Notes under the pieces: generated by a model
The model's database searches: none
What the model saw: the letters and a program-made list of their open reading frames with translations, nothing else
What the model was told of the DNA's origin: nothing
Shown: piece by piece, positions 1 through 14,339 of the stretch
Numbering within the stretch: the stretch's first letter is position 1
Layout: each line of letters opens with the position of its first letter
DNA from: Octopus sinensis
Lineage: Eukaryota
NCBI RefSeq assembly: GCF_006345805.1
Contig: NC_043010.1
Coordinates: forward strand, 15,190,001 to 15,254,000
Reading direction: 5' to 3'
DNA: 64,000 nucleotides
Program-made: the position numbers and the translations under genes

Positions 1-28
1 TACCCGTCTGATAAGGGTACACTAGGCA

Positions 29-30
<2 letters not shown>

Positions 31-80
<50 letters not shown>

Positions 81-493
81 GCCTTTGCACAGCTTCTAAC
101 GCTGGAGATGAACTACAATGTCAGCTGTTCACTACCAGTGAACTAAGGTAATACCTCTTATTTTTCGAGCACTTTCCGAAGTATTCGACCGGTTCCAAGC
201 AAGTGCTCCACCATTATTGCATGTTTTCTGCAAGTGCTCCACCATTATTGCAACCCCTATTTGTTCCACGTACTTCTCGAGATTTTTGCTCACTGTTCCT
301 AGGGCTGCGACAATTATTGGTACTACTGCTACCTTTTGCATCGACCAGAACTGCTTAACTTCCCAAGTTAACCTGTCATATCTCTCGACTTTTCTTTCTT
401 CTTCATCGCATACCTTGTTTTCAGCTGAGTATGCTATATCAATGATCCAGGATAGTTTGTTTTCTTTCTCAATTAAGACTATGTCTGGCTTCC

Positions 494-533
<40 letters not shown>

Positions 534-625
534 TTATTATTATTATTATTATTACTATCATCATCATCATCATCATCACCACCACCACCACCACCACCAC
601 CACCACCGCCACCACCACCAAAACC

Positions 626-671
<46 letters not shown>

Positions 672-697
672 ACTACTACTACTACTACTACTACTAC

Positions 698-749
<52 letters not shown>
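31..749. repeat. (TAT)n / (CAT)n / (CAC)n / (TAC)n compound trinucleotide array, interrupted by a LINE fragment
   Basis: Direct reading: (TAT)n at 31-80 and compound TAT/CAT/CAC/TAC at 494-749. Confidence 0.95.
81..493 (-). mobile_element. 5'-truncated 3' end of an R4/Dong-clade LINE (restriction-like endonuclease domain) inserted in (TAA)n
   Basis: Minus strand reads KPDIVLIEKENKLSWIIDIAYS..ERKVERYDRLTWEVKQFWSMQKVAVVPIIVAALGTVSKNLEKYVEQIGVAIMVEHLQKT, i.e. the PD..D..K RLE motif and the VVP..GALG C-terminus of R4/Dong ORFs. A short 3' UTR runs into an (AAT)n tail. Internal 23-bp direct duplication at 199-221/230-252. Confidence 0.8.
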
Positions 750-1301
750 GAGTGAGAGAGCAGTGCACGCCATCAAAGTGACACTAGAGTAAAATATACG
801 AAGCCCAGTATACCCATCATGACTACCCGTCTGATAAGGATACACCAGGCACATGCATTTCAACCATATTTGCACGACATGGTGATCTCATATCAAGATA
901 AACAGCACAAATCCTTGCAGGTTGGGCTCATTTAGAATTTTCTTCAGGTCGAGTATCCCATCCCATTCAAATGGTGCCTGAATAATGGTTGTTTAAGGAT
1001 GTTGAACAAAACATCCATGTTTCCAGAGGTGAATTATTCAAACCCCCAAAATCCCTCTCAACACGTGGCTATGATGCTCCCCCACTACTTCTGCTCGTGA
1101 TCAGAGATGCACATATCGTCAGTCACTAAGGGACATGCTCAACTGGTTACGGTCAAACAACTGACAAGCAAACCTGTGGTATTGAGCAGAATATTTGCTG
1201 TAGCCCATCCTTTATACCAAGACAAACCAATGTACATGATAACACTTCCAATCAGTTAAGATCAGAAGCCATGAGAGTCACTGTCTGGTACTGCATGAGG
1301 G

Positions 1302-1302
<1 letters not shown>
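750..1302. mobile_element. Non-coding interspersed repeat bounded by (TAA)n arrays (non-autonomous element or LINE UTR)
   Basis: 825-852 matches window positions 1-30, and 1074-1170 matches 1478-1572. All copies abut TAT arrays. Confidence 0.65.
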
Positions 1303-1356
<54 letters not shown>

Positions 1357-1406
1357 ATTATTATTATTATTATTATTATCATTATTATTATTATTATTAT
1401 TATTAC

Positions 1407-1455
<49 letters not shown>

Positions 1456-1477
1456 TATTATTATTATTATTATTATT

Positions 1478-1572
1478 ATGCTCCCCCACTACTTCTGCTC
1501 GTAATCAGAGATGCACATATCGTCAGCCACAAAGGGACATGCTCAACTGGTTAAGGTGAAACAACTGACAAG
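1478..1572. mobile_element. Partial copy of the 750-1302 repeat
   Basis: atgctcccccactacttctgctcgt..aacaactgacaag is near-identical to 1074-1170. Confidence 0.75.
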
Positions 1573-1774
1573 AAAAACTGATACAGCAGAACCAAACACA
1601 CATCTATCGACGAAGTACAGTAAAATCCACAGAACCATGTCTTCAATATAGTAACAGCGCTCTCTACATTCCAGCATACATTGAAAGTTCCCTTGTGCCG
1701 GAAAAATTCGGTGGTGACAACAGTGAAAGAGAGCGAGAGAAACCTATCCAGAGCTTGGCGGTAGCCATCCATCT

Positions 1775-2157
1775 GGAAGCACTCCGTCGGTTACGACGAT
1801 GAGGTTCCGGTTGATCCGAATCAACGGAACAGACTGCTCGTGAAATTAACTTGTAAGTGGCTGACCACTCCACAGACACGTGCACCCTTAACGTAGTTCT
1901 CGGGGATATTCAGCGTGACACAGAGAGTGACAAGGCCGGCCCTTTGAAGTACAGGTACAACAGAAACAGGAAGTAAGAGTGAGAGAAAGTTGTGGTGAAA
2001 GAGTACAGCAGGGGTCACCACCATCCCCTGCCGGAGCCTCGTGGAGCTTTTTAGGTGTTTTCGCTCAATAAACACTCACAACGCCCGGTCTGGGAATCGA
2101 AACTGCGATCCTATGACCGCGAGTCCGCTGCCCTAACCACTGGGCCATTATGCCTCC
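1775..2157 (-). mobile_element. tRNA-derived SINE (family 1)
   Basis: Minus strand starts ggaggcataatggcccagtggttagggcagcggactcgcggtcataggatcgcagtttcgattccc, with Pol III A- and B-box-like motifs followed by a non-tRNA body. Confidence 0.8.
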
Positions 2158-2552
2158 ACATCCATCTACAGCCATCCATCTACACCTACTCTTAATGGTG
2201 CCTCATTCAGCGCAACATTTTCGGTCTGTGAAACTACTAACGTTGCAGCTGCGCGTTTTGTATAGTTATGCAGTTTTATGATTATCTGAATCTTTAGAAT
2301 GTTCCAGCGATGTTCTGTGGAGTCATAAATATGTCAAGATATTTGGAGATTATGTTATTTGTTTTCCATTTAGTGACAAGGACTCTGTAACTGTTGGACA
2401 TTGTCGTTTCAGCAACAGTGTGACTCAAACATTCTGGTAAATATTGGCAATTTGGAACGGCCTACTATGCAATAACTCTGTTTCGACGCCACTGATTTTT
2501 GACACTGTAGAGGTGCATACATACGCGTTAGCGCGCTCAGAAATATACACTT

Positions 2553-2592
<40 letters not shown>

Positions 2593-2771
2593 AGAGAGAG
2601 AGAGATTATGATCTATTAATTGAACGCCATTGACACCAACACTTTCCCTCCCTTCATGAACTCGAAGAGAAATATGCTTCTATCTTCTAACTTGTTGTCT
2701 CTTGAGGTCTCTGGGTGAGACTTGGAGTCAACTTGTACAAATGCAAAGCAAAAGTCAAACATAAAATAATG

Positions 2772-2836
<65 letters not shown>

Positions 2837-3186
2837 GCTGCTACTGATTTTCTAATGCTTACCAAAACCACGTCCATAACTGAAAGAGCAAACTCGAATC
2901 GATAATCTATAATCGATATATAGGTACAGTAACATCAACAAGTGTAAGATCTTTAAGAAAAGAATGTGCAATAATGTAAACAAGAGCAACAATAAATATG
3001 AAAGCCTAAGCTATAACAATAACGAGCAAAACCTGCATCAAGAAAAAAAACAACTTATTCGCTAAAGCTCAATATAAATGCCGAAACAACAATAATAAAC
3101 TTGACAACTGGAACAGCAAGATCCATAGTAAGAAAGAGAAACAGAAGCGATACTAGCCAATAGGAAAGGACAGTGACGAGGACAAT

Positions 3187-6078
<2,892 letters not shown>

Positions 6079-6079
6079 A

Positions 6080-6125
6080 ATAATGATGGAAGAAATAGGG
6101 GCTGCGATAAGGGTAGAGCACTTAC
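6080..6125 (+). mobile_element. Short R4/Dong LINE C-terminal fragment
   Basis: aaataggggctgcgataagggtagagcacttacagaaaacagca (EIGAAIRVEHLQKTA) is homologous to the minus-strand copy near 225-275. Confidence 0.65.
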
Positions 6126-6600
6126 AGAAAACAGCATTCGAATGTAGCCCTTCCTTTTCTGCCCCCACTAGCCTCTTCAAACGATATTTGAAGATATTGA
6201 GTTGAGCTTGGACGTATAGGAAAGTGCTTGTATTCAAACATTTCACACAGGTCCACCACACAGTCATTTTTGCCACAGCCACGAAGCCGAGAAAGATTTC
6301 CCTCACTTCTCTGCTAACGGAAGGGGGTGCATCGATCTTCACTACAAACTCGGCGGGCAGGATTTTTCTTACACGAGGCAAGAGCTCAACAGAAACCCAC
6401 AAGGATCAAATGCACGGACATTAAAAGATTGCATGCCGGACATTTTCATTCCCGCTCCATGCATCTCTGTAGGTTCGGCTGTTGGTATTTCCATGCCCGA
6501 AGAGTGTATGACGAAGGATCGATGCGGGCCCCCTTCTCTGTAGCACTTTTGGGAATTGTCCATGATGTCCAAAATACAGCAATCAAACTGCTTCGTCGTT
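6126..6600 (-). mobile_element. Degenerate C-terminal (zinc-finger region) fragment of a Tx1/L1-clade LINE ORF2
   Basis: Frameshifted reading KCYREG..HG..ENVRHAIF.CP...LWVSVELL..IFLGFVAVAKMTVWWT..FKYRLKR resembles the Tx1/L1 post-RT region. Confidence 0.55.
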
Positions 6601-6889
6601 GTCATTTTAATTTATCCAACACGTAAAGATGAAATTCAAAGTTAACCTCGGCAGGATTTGAACTCGGAATATGAAGTCTCATGTTTTTGAGACGCTCCTA
6701 CAAGAAGACGAAAAATACCAAGAACGGTAGCTGCAAAAACAATAACTACAACAGCAGCAGCAACAGCAACAGGGGCAATGTTACAATGAATACAAATATA
6801 CACAAAAGATGAATATATATGTGTGTGTGCGTTTGCGTTTGTGTGTGGGTGTGAATGTGTATCTATGTGAGCATATATATAGTTTTAGG

Positions 6890-6895
6890 TATGAA

Positions 6896-6945
<50 letters not shown>

Positions 6946-7186
6946 ACTATCTATCTATCTAACTATCTATCTATCTATCTATGATCTATCTCTCTCTCTC
7001 TCTCTCTCTCTATATATTATATATATATATATTATATATATATATATCCCCAAATATATGTGTATATAAATACATATACACACACACACATATATATGTA
7101 TATATATATATATGAGTACATATATATATATGTATATATAATAATATATATATGTCTATATATATATATGTATATATATATATGTA

Positions 7187-7240
<54 letters not shown>

Positions 7241-7300
7241 ATATATGTTTATATATATGTACGTATATGTATAACACACACCACCACACATATATATATA
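6890..7300. repeat. (TCTA)n, (TC)n, (TA)n microsatellite cluster
   Basis: Direct reading. Confidence 0.9.
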
Positions 7301-7691
7301 TATACAAATCAAGAATAACAACTGTAAAAATCATTAACAACAATATTCATATCAAGAGCGATAACTGTGGTAGCTACGATAATCGATAACCCATAACCGA
7401 CATAAAATAAAAAAAAAGAATCAATAACATAAAGTAAAGCTAGTTTAATCCTCTCGGGAACCTGAGACCATGCTTTGACAGGAGTAGGATTTGAAACAGT
7501 ACATCAAAATTGGAATCTATTGAATTGATAAATGACAGCTAGCGTAGCTGTATGTATATATCTCTCACTCTCGCTCTCCTGCTCTCTCTGTTTCTTTCAC
7601 TCACTCTGCTTGTCTCTCTCCCTCTCTCCTTCTGCCTGCTTGTATACATATATATACACATATTTTATGTGTGTGTGTGTGTGTGTACAAA

Positions 7692-7732
<41 letters not shown>

Positions 7733-8129
7733 ATTTATATATATATTTTTTTATATATAATTTTTAATAGAATATATATAAAAATATAAGATATATAAAT
7801 ATAAATATATAAAATATATACATATATATATATGTATATATATATGTACATATATACGTACATACATACGTACATACATATACGTACATAAATACGTACA
7901 TACATACATATATACATATATACACGTATACGTGCATACACTTCCTTAATGACATTCTCTCACATCACCGTAGCCAACACATGAATGAACCAACTTAATA
8001 CCTCTAACATATGCATGCGTGCAACTGTGTTGCCTGTGTGTTTGTGTGTATAATCATATGCATATGTGTGTATGACTATATAATATATATGTAATACATG
8101 CATACATACATCATACATACATACATACA

Positions 8130-8161
<32 letters not shown>

Positions 8162-8213
8162 CATACATATACATATATATATATACATATATATATGAGT
8201 GTGTGTGTGTATG

Positions 8214-8271
<58 letters not shown>

Positions 8272-8837
8272 GTATTACTAGGTTTTTCTTTCACCGCCTC
8301 TCCTACTTTTTTCTCACTTCATCTTCTCGTTCATACTCACGCACCATCTTCCTTTTTCTTCCCCCATCTTTCTCTCTTTCTCTCATACACACATATATAC
8401 TTCATTGCATTACAACAATTCTACAACTGCTACCCCCAGTTTCCTACCTGTCTTCACTCACACGCCATTCCGTTCATTCATTTATAATAAGAATAACAAA
8501 TCGCATTCATATAGAAAGACAGATCTATACGCTTGTGAGCAGCGTATGTGTGCGTCTATAAGAAATATAAATATGTGTTTCTGTATACAAAGGAAAGAGA
8601 AAAATATATTCAATAAATCAAGTACAGTTTATTCTTTGAGTCGAAGATTAAGTTTTTGGACGTTGGTGAATCAATACCAAAATGGTGCAGCTTCGGAATG
8701 AAGAATGAGGAGTTAGCAAAATACAGCGAGTAGAATTTGTTTAGGAAGATACTTCAGCAGATAACTGCACATGCACAGATGCATGCATGCATGCATCCAT
8801 ACATATATATATATACATACATACATACATACATACA

Positions 8838-8895
<58 letters not shown>

Positions 8896-8904
8896 ATCCA
8901 AACA

Positions 8905-9050
8905 AGAAAACACAAAAAAACACAGCAACGCGAGGACGTGGAACCAATAAAGTATTATTGGACGCTCAGGAAAGAAGGGAAGAAGTAGGGTTTAACGTTT
9001 CGAGCGGAGCTCTTCGTCGGAAACAAAGGAGAAGGAAAGATATATATATA
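8905..9050 (-). mobile_element. PLE-type pLTR fragment with minimal hammerhead motif (8990-9024)
   Basis: Minus strand GTTT-CCGACGA-A-GAGC-TCC-GCTC-GAAAC-GT-T-AAAC, followed by cctgagcgtcc..aatac. Homologous to 42780-42975. Confidence 0.65.
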
Positions 9051-9065
9051 ATATATACATACAAA

Positions 9066-9165
<100 letters not shown>

Positions 9166-9584
9166 ATTCATTTGAATTATTCTGCGGTTGGTAGTTCCAA
9201 TATTATACATTGAGTTCCAGAATTATACACTGAGTTCCAAAATTATGCTACTATCAGAGTTCAGCAATGTATTAAATATCATAGACAGAAGGGTAGAAAC
9301 AACTAGTTTAGAAATTCGAAGAGGAATTTGATTTGATCTTATATTGGTCTTTGAAGCCTGTCCATGACCCAAACTTTTAAACAAACGTCATGGTTACCCC
9401 GAATTTATCATTCACATTGCCCTGAGAATGCATATTGGATATCGAAAGTTGGGAATCCATCCACACACACACGGACACACACACATAGATGTAAATACTT
9501 TTCACTCTTTTACTTGTTTCAGTCATTTAAACTCTTTTTAATGTAGTCAGTTTATCCCCAGGACCAACGTAATTCCGTTATATA

Positions 9585-9976
9585 TTCTTTTACTTGTTTC
9601 AGTCATTTGACTGTGGCCATGCTGGAGCACCGCCTTTAGTCGAGCAAATCGACCCCAGGACTTATTCTTTGTACGCCTACGACTTATTCTATCGGTCCTT
9701 TTTGCCGAACCGCTAAGTTACGGGGACGTAAACACACCAGCATCGGTTGTCAAACGAGGTTGGGGGACAAACACAGACACACAAACACACACATATACAT
9801 ACATACATATACATATATACGACGAGCTTCTTTCAGTTTCCGTCTACTAAATCCACTCACACGGCTTTGGTCGGTTCGCGGCTATAGCAGAAGACACTTG
9901 CCCAAGGTGCTACGCAGTGGGACTGAACCCGGAACCATGTGGTTCGTAAGCAAGCTACTTACTACCAGCCAGTCCT
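9585..9976 (-). mobile_element. tRNA-derived SINE family 2 (Octopus OR-like, CORE-like segment)
   Basis: Head ..ccacatggttccgggttcagtccc, accttgggcaagtgtcttc core, central microsatellite and tail gactgaaacaagtaaaag. About ten homologues occur in the window. Confidence 0.85.
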
Positions 9977-10194
9977 ATATACATGTATATTGTTCAAATT
10001 TATTGATAAGAAATGACGAAGACAGGTGAGGGAACAACAGGCAGGTGTATTAGTTTAACACTCGGGAAATATGGAAGTCTGGAATAGTCTTTGCTGTTAT
10101 GGGCCTACGCACTCCGGCAGAAAGGAGAGGTAACAAAATGAAGAGGGAACGAAATAAACTGAGAGAGAAAAAATGTGTAGGGATTATATATATA

Positions 10195-10390
10195 CATATC
10201 GTTAGCCACTACACATATTCTTTTCTCTCCTTGTTTCTCTCCTTGTTTCTTTTTCTGTGTCCCTTTCTGTAGAAGAACGTAGGCTCGAAACGTAAAATAC
10301 TTTTTCTATTCCTGAGCGTTATACTAATACATCTGTTTGTTTTGTACACCACCTGTCTTCGTCTTTTGTTTTGTTCGTGAACTCTCCCTA
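10195..10390 (+). mobile_element. PLE-type pLTR fragment with variant minimal hammerhead (10264-10297)
   Basis: TTT-CTGTAGA-A-GAAC-GTAG-GCTC-GAAAC-GT-A-AAA. Homologous to 61495-61680 and 41520-41620. Confidence 0.6.
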
Positions 10391-10917
<527 letters not shown>

Positions 10918-11404
10918 TATATATAGATATATATATATATTTATATATATATATATATATATTGCCAGCTAAGTGTGGCGTCCTATACAGGACAATGTTA
11001 CTGATGTTTATCGCCTCAGGAAGACACCTCCTTTACTTATTTGGGAAATACATGTTACGGTTCCGTACTGCTACTGATTATATCTTACTCAGAGATTTAA
11101 TATAACATTCTCTGTATCTCTCATATATATATATATATGTGTGTGTAAGTGTGTGTGTGTGTGTGTGTTTCTCTCTACAGAATACAACTCAGAGCCAGTA
11201 TCGAATTTTACGAGCTTTCGTATACGAATGCGTCTATGTAAACAGTGATATGGCGACTATATGCATAGTTGTAGTGTTATTTCCCTTCCATCAGCACGAC
11301 ATCCCATATATGAACTACCTACAAACATATTGCTTAACCATCCACTAAATTTAGCTCTGTAGCACTATCGGATAGGTGAATTTACATGTTAAACCTATTA
11401 GACC

Positions 11405-11757
11405 TACGTAAATATATATGTATATTATCAATAATAATAAAGGGTAAAATTAATTCATTAATTAACAATTAATAATTTTACCAAGTAGTTCGGTATGTTA
11501 AAAGAACTAATATCGGTAAACTTTAAAATTTTTATAATTATGAGTATAATTATAGTTGGGGTTCAGCAAAAAATTTGCTTCACCACATACCGAAATTTAG
11601 AAATAGCAGTTAAAACTAGCTATTTTTCTACCTGGGAGATATTCTTATGGTAGAGAAATAGCTAGTTTTGACAGCTATTTCTAAATTTCGGTACATGGTG
11701 AAGCAAATATTTTGCTGAATCCAAATTATAATTGTACTTATAATTATAAAAAAAATT
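11405..11757. repeat. Fold-back copy of an AT-rich repeat family: ~105-bp inverted arms (11528-11632 / 11649-11757) with a ~16-nt spacer
   Basis: Arms read directly. The family is also at 50900-51130 and 59590-59800. Confidence 0.8.
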
Positions 11758-11962
11758 GTTATATATATATATAGTATATATATATATATATAATATATAT
11801 ACATATATATATTTTGTGAAATAGAAAGATGAATAATCTTGTTGCAGATTAATCAAAAGTTTAACCGATACCTTGGTAGCAAAAATCACAGCAGAAGACA
11901 GCACGGTTGGACGTACAACCATATGGTGTTGCAACCGTGCGTTGCTGCGGATAATTGAATTT

Positions 11963-12585
11963 TAATATTATTAGTGAATTGAAGAAATGGAGTTGAACGA
12001 AGATTGAACAGAAATCGTTTTATTGCATTCTACACGTGTTTCGAAAGACCCAATTTACCAAATTCCGATTGAATATGGAGACCATATTGTGTCTTTCTCT
12101 TCAGGAAGAAATAGGAAATCCGTTGGAAAAAACAAAAACAGAACAGAGGCGGAGCAAAACAAATCGAACGAGGCTCCTAAGAGCCCATGGCCAAACTGTT
12201 TATCAATGTATGTTGAAAACTGGTGGTGGGTGCGTTGAAGGTTTTAACGGGTCAGGCAGCGGTCATTCCGGCGGGTGGGAGCACGGGGTGCTTAGATGTT
12301 CTTAGTGACCGAGACTAAAGTTCTGACTATTTAAAGAATATTAGGTGTATTATATGGGGCGAGCCAAAATCTACTTAGAAACATGTGTGTGTGTACTGTT
12401 CTATATATGCGCGGCCGCAAGTTAGTAAGAAGCGCTACACTCTGGTCGCTGCTGAGAAATCCGTCAGGGGGTAGAAAATTTTTTTTATGTGTTCGTATGT
12501 GCGTTTGATCACGCGGCCGTCAGTTGGTAAACAGCCCTACACAATGGTCACTGCTGTAAAATCCGTCGGGTGGCAGAAAAAAATG
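11963..12585 (-). repeat. Left inverted arm (pLTR, sense on minus strand)
   Basis: Reverse complement of 13610-14227. Confidence 0.92.
12028..12107 (-). ncRNA. Type I hammerhead ribozyme motif (left arm)
   Basis: TTC-CTGAAGA-GAAAGACACAAT..ATTGGGTCTTTC-GAAAC-ACGT-GT-A-GAA. All core nucleotides are present. Confidence 0.75.
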
Positions 12586-12785
12586 TTTTATGTGTGCGAG
12601 TGTTCGTCTAATCATGCCTTGTCAAAGAAAGCCCCCGTCGTCAAAACAAACCACCATTCGTCTCCCAGGAGTAATTCCCCTTGCAATGGTTAATCATATT
12701 TCTCTTAAAAGCTTTTTCAGAATTTATTTCCAAGGGCTATTTTCATATAAGTAGTGTAACCGGGTGCAGGTATTATTTATAAGCG

Positions 12786-13535
12786 TTATTTATAAGCAAG
12801 ATAAGTATAACGCCGCCAGAGGGGGCATCGAAAAGCCGACTGTAAAAGTCCGTTTACCATCCGGTCTCTGGCGAACAATATATGGAAGAGTTCGGAGACA
12901 CAAAGGTTGCACTTCCTTCTGCCCCTGTCAAATGGGAGGGCCACCGACAAGATTGACCATTCCAGCCTGTAGCTTGAGTTCGTATTCTTCAATCGCCATA
13001 TTAGCTTGCTAAGTCCCGTGGTCTGGCATTTATTCACGTCTCGAAAAGTTGCGTAATGGTTGGAGATTCGTGAGGTCAATCTTGACGATGAGGCCCCGAC
13101 ATAAGAGTAGACATCTGAGTCCGTGTAAACCTTACATTGGTAGACGGCGTTTCTGATCTTGGAGTTCACCGACGTGAACCTTATTCTATTAGGATTAGTT
13201 TCTGAAATTAGAACTGCGTTACTGTTACTATATTTGTTGCGAGAACTGCAGCCGCTTACTACTTTATTTTCCACTACGTCACTATTAACTAACGGAATAA
13301 CCCCTGATTCTACACTATCACTCAGAGTGCTGTCATTGCTAGTGCCCGTGGTGCTGCTATTGCCGGAAACGATGCTGGAGTTGCTATTGGGACTCTCTAC
13401 CCTAGCGAGTCGAGCTGCGCTCACCTCACTACTGCCATTGTTACCGTCAATGACATCACCCTTATTTATAACTATACCCCTAGTATATAATCCCTGGTTG
13501 GAGCTGAGATTATGAGTCACTGTACTGGCTCTCAT
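12786..13535 (-). CDS. GIY-YIG endonuclease of Penelope-like type (CxLCxxE C-terminal motif) with Ser/Asn-rich N-terminus, no RT
   Basis: 249 aa uninterrupted. NAVYQCKV..YSYVG..SRISNHY..TGLSKLIWRLK..EWSIL..KCNLCVSE..MVN..RC retains the GIY/YIG, Arg, Glu and Asn catalytic positions. The start codon is uncertain because the frame stays open ~35 codons upstream. Confidence 0.8.
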   Translation of the reverse strand: MRASTVTHNLSSNQGLYTRGIVINKGDVIDGNNGSSEVSAARLARVESPNSNSSIVSGNSSTTGTSNDSTLSDSVESGVIPLVNSDVVENKVVSGCSSRNKYSNSNAVLISETNPNRIRFTSVNSKIRNAVYQCKVYTDSDVYSYVGASSSRLTSRISNHYATFRDVNKCQTTGLSKLIWRLKNTNSSYRLEWSILSVALPFDRGRRKCNLCVSELFHILFARDRMVNGLLQSAFRCPLWRRYTYLAYK

Positions 13536-13609
13536 ATCATTATTACTACTATTATTATTCCTGCAGAGCGTTAAACCGGGAGCGGAAGAAGCTGTGCCTC
13601 CGGAAAAAA

Positions 13610-14227
13610 AATTTTTTGTGCCACCCGACGGATTTTACAGCAGTGACCATTGTGTAGGGCTGTTTACCAACTGACGGCCGCGTGATCAAACGCACATACG
13701 AACACATAAAAAAAATTTTCTACCCCCTGACGGATTTCTCAGCAGCGACCAGAGTGTAGCGCTTCTACTAACTGCGGCCGGCATATATAGAACAGTACAA
13801 CACACATGTTTCTAAGTAGATTTTGGCTCGCCCCATATAATACACCTAATATTCTTTAAATAGTCAGAACTTTAGTCTCGGTCACTAAGAACATCTAAGC
13901 ACCCCGTGCTCCCACCCACCGGAATGACCGCTGGCTGACCCGTTAAAACCTTCAACGCACCCACCACCAGTTTTCAACATACATTGATAAACAGTTTGGC
14001 CATGGGCTCTTAGGAGCCTCGTTCGATTTGTTTTGCTCCGCCTCTGTTCTGTTTTTGTTTTTTCCAACGGATTTCCTATTTCTTCCTGAAGAGAAAGACA
14101 CAATATGGTCTCCTTATTCAATCGGAATTTGGTAAATTGTGCCTTTCGAAACACGTGTAGAATGCAATAATACGATTTCTGTTCAATCTTCGTTCAACTC
14201 CATTTCTTCAATACACTAATAATATTA
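13610..14227 (+). repeat. Right inverted arm (pLTR, sense on plus strand)
   Basis: Reverse complement of 11963-12585. Confidence 0.92.
14083..14162 (+). ncRNA. Type I hammerhead ribozyme motif (right arm)
   Basis: TTC-CTGAAGA(14086-92)-GAAAGACACAAT..ATTGTGCCTTTC-GAAAC(14148-52)-ACGT-GTA-GAA. Confidence 0.75.
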
Positions 14228-14250
14228 TACATATATATATATATGTATAG

Positions 14251-14297
<47 letters not shown>

Positions 14298-14339
14298 TGT
14301 ATGTATGTATATATATCCAAATTTAGGAAATAGAGTGGA

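Larger units (their letters stand above)
11963..14227. mobile_element. Palindromic Penelope-like element derivative: ~620-bp inverted arms around a GIY-YIG ORF
   Basis: 11963-12585 is the near-perfect reverse complement of 13610-14227. The spurious 89-aa translations of the two arms differ at only 3 residues. Each arm has an HHR and a PLE-like terminus. Confidence 0.85.

Noticed and set aside
13159-13515. 118-aa Leu-rich ORF on the plus strand
   Set aside because: Antisense shadow of the GIY-YIG ORF.
12036-14154. Twin 89-aa ORFs (12036-12305 +, 13885-14154 -)
   Set aside because: Antisense to the ribozyme-bearing arms, GTG start, no recognisable motif. Useful only as evidence of arm identity.
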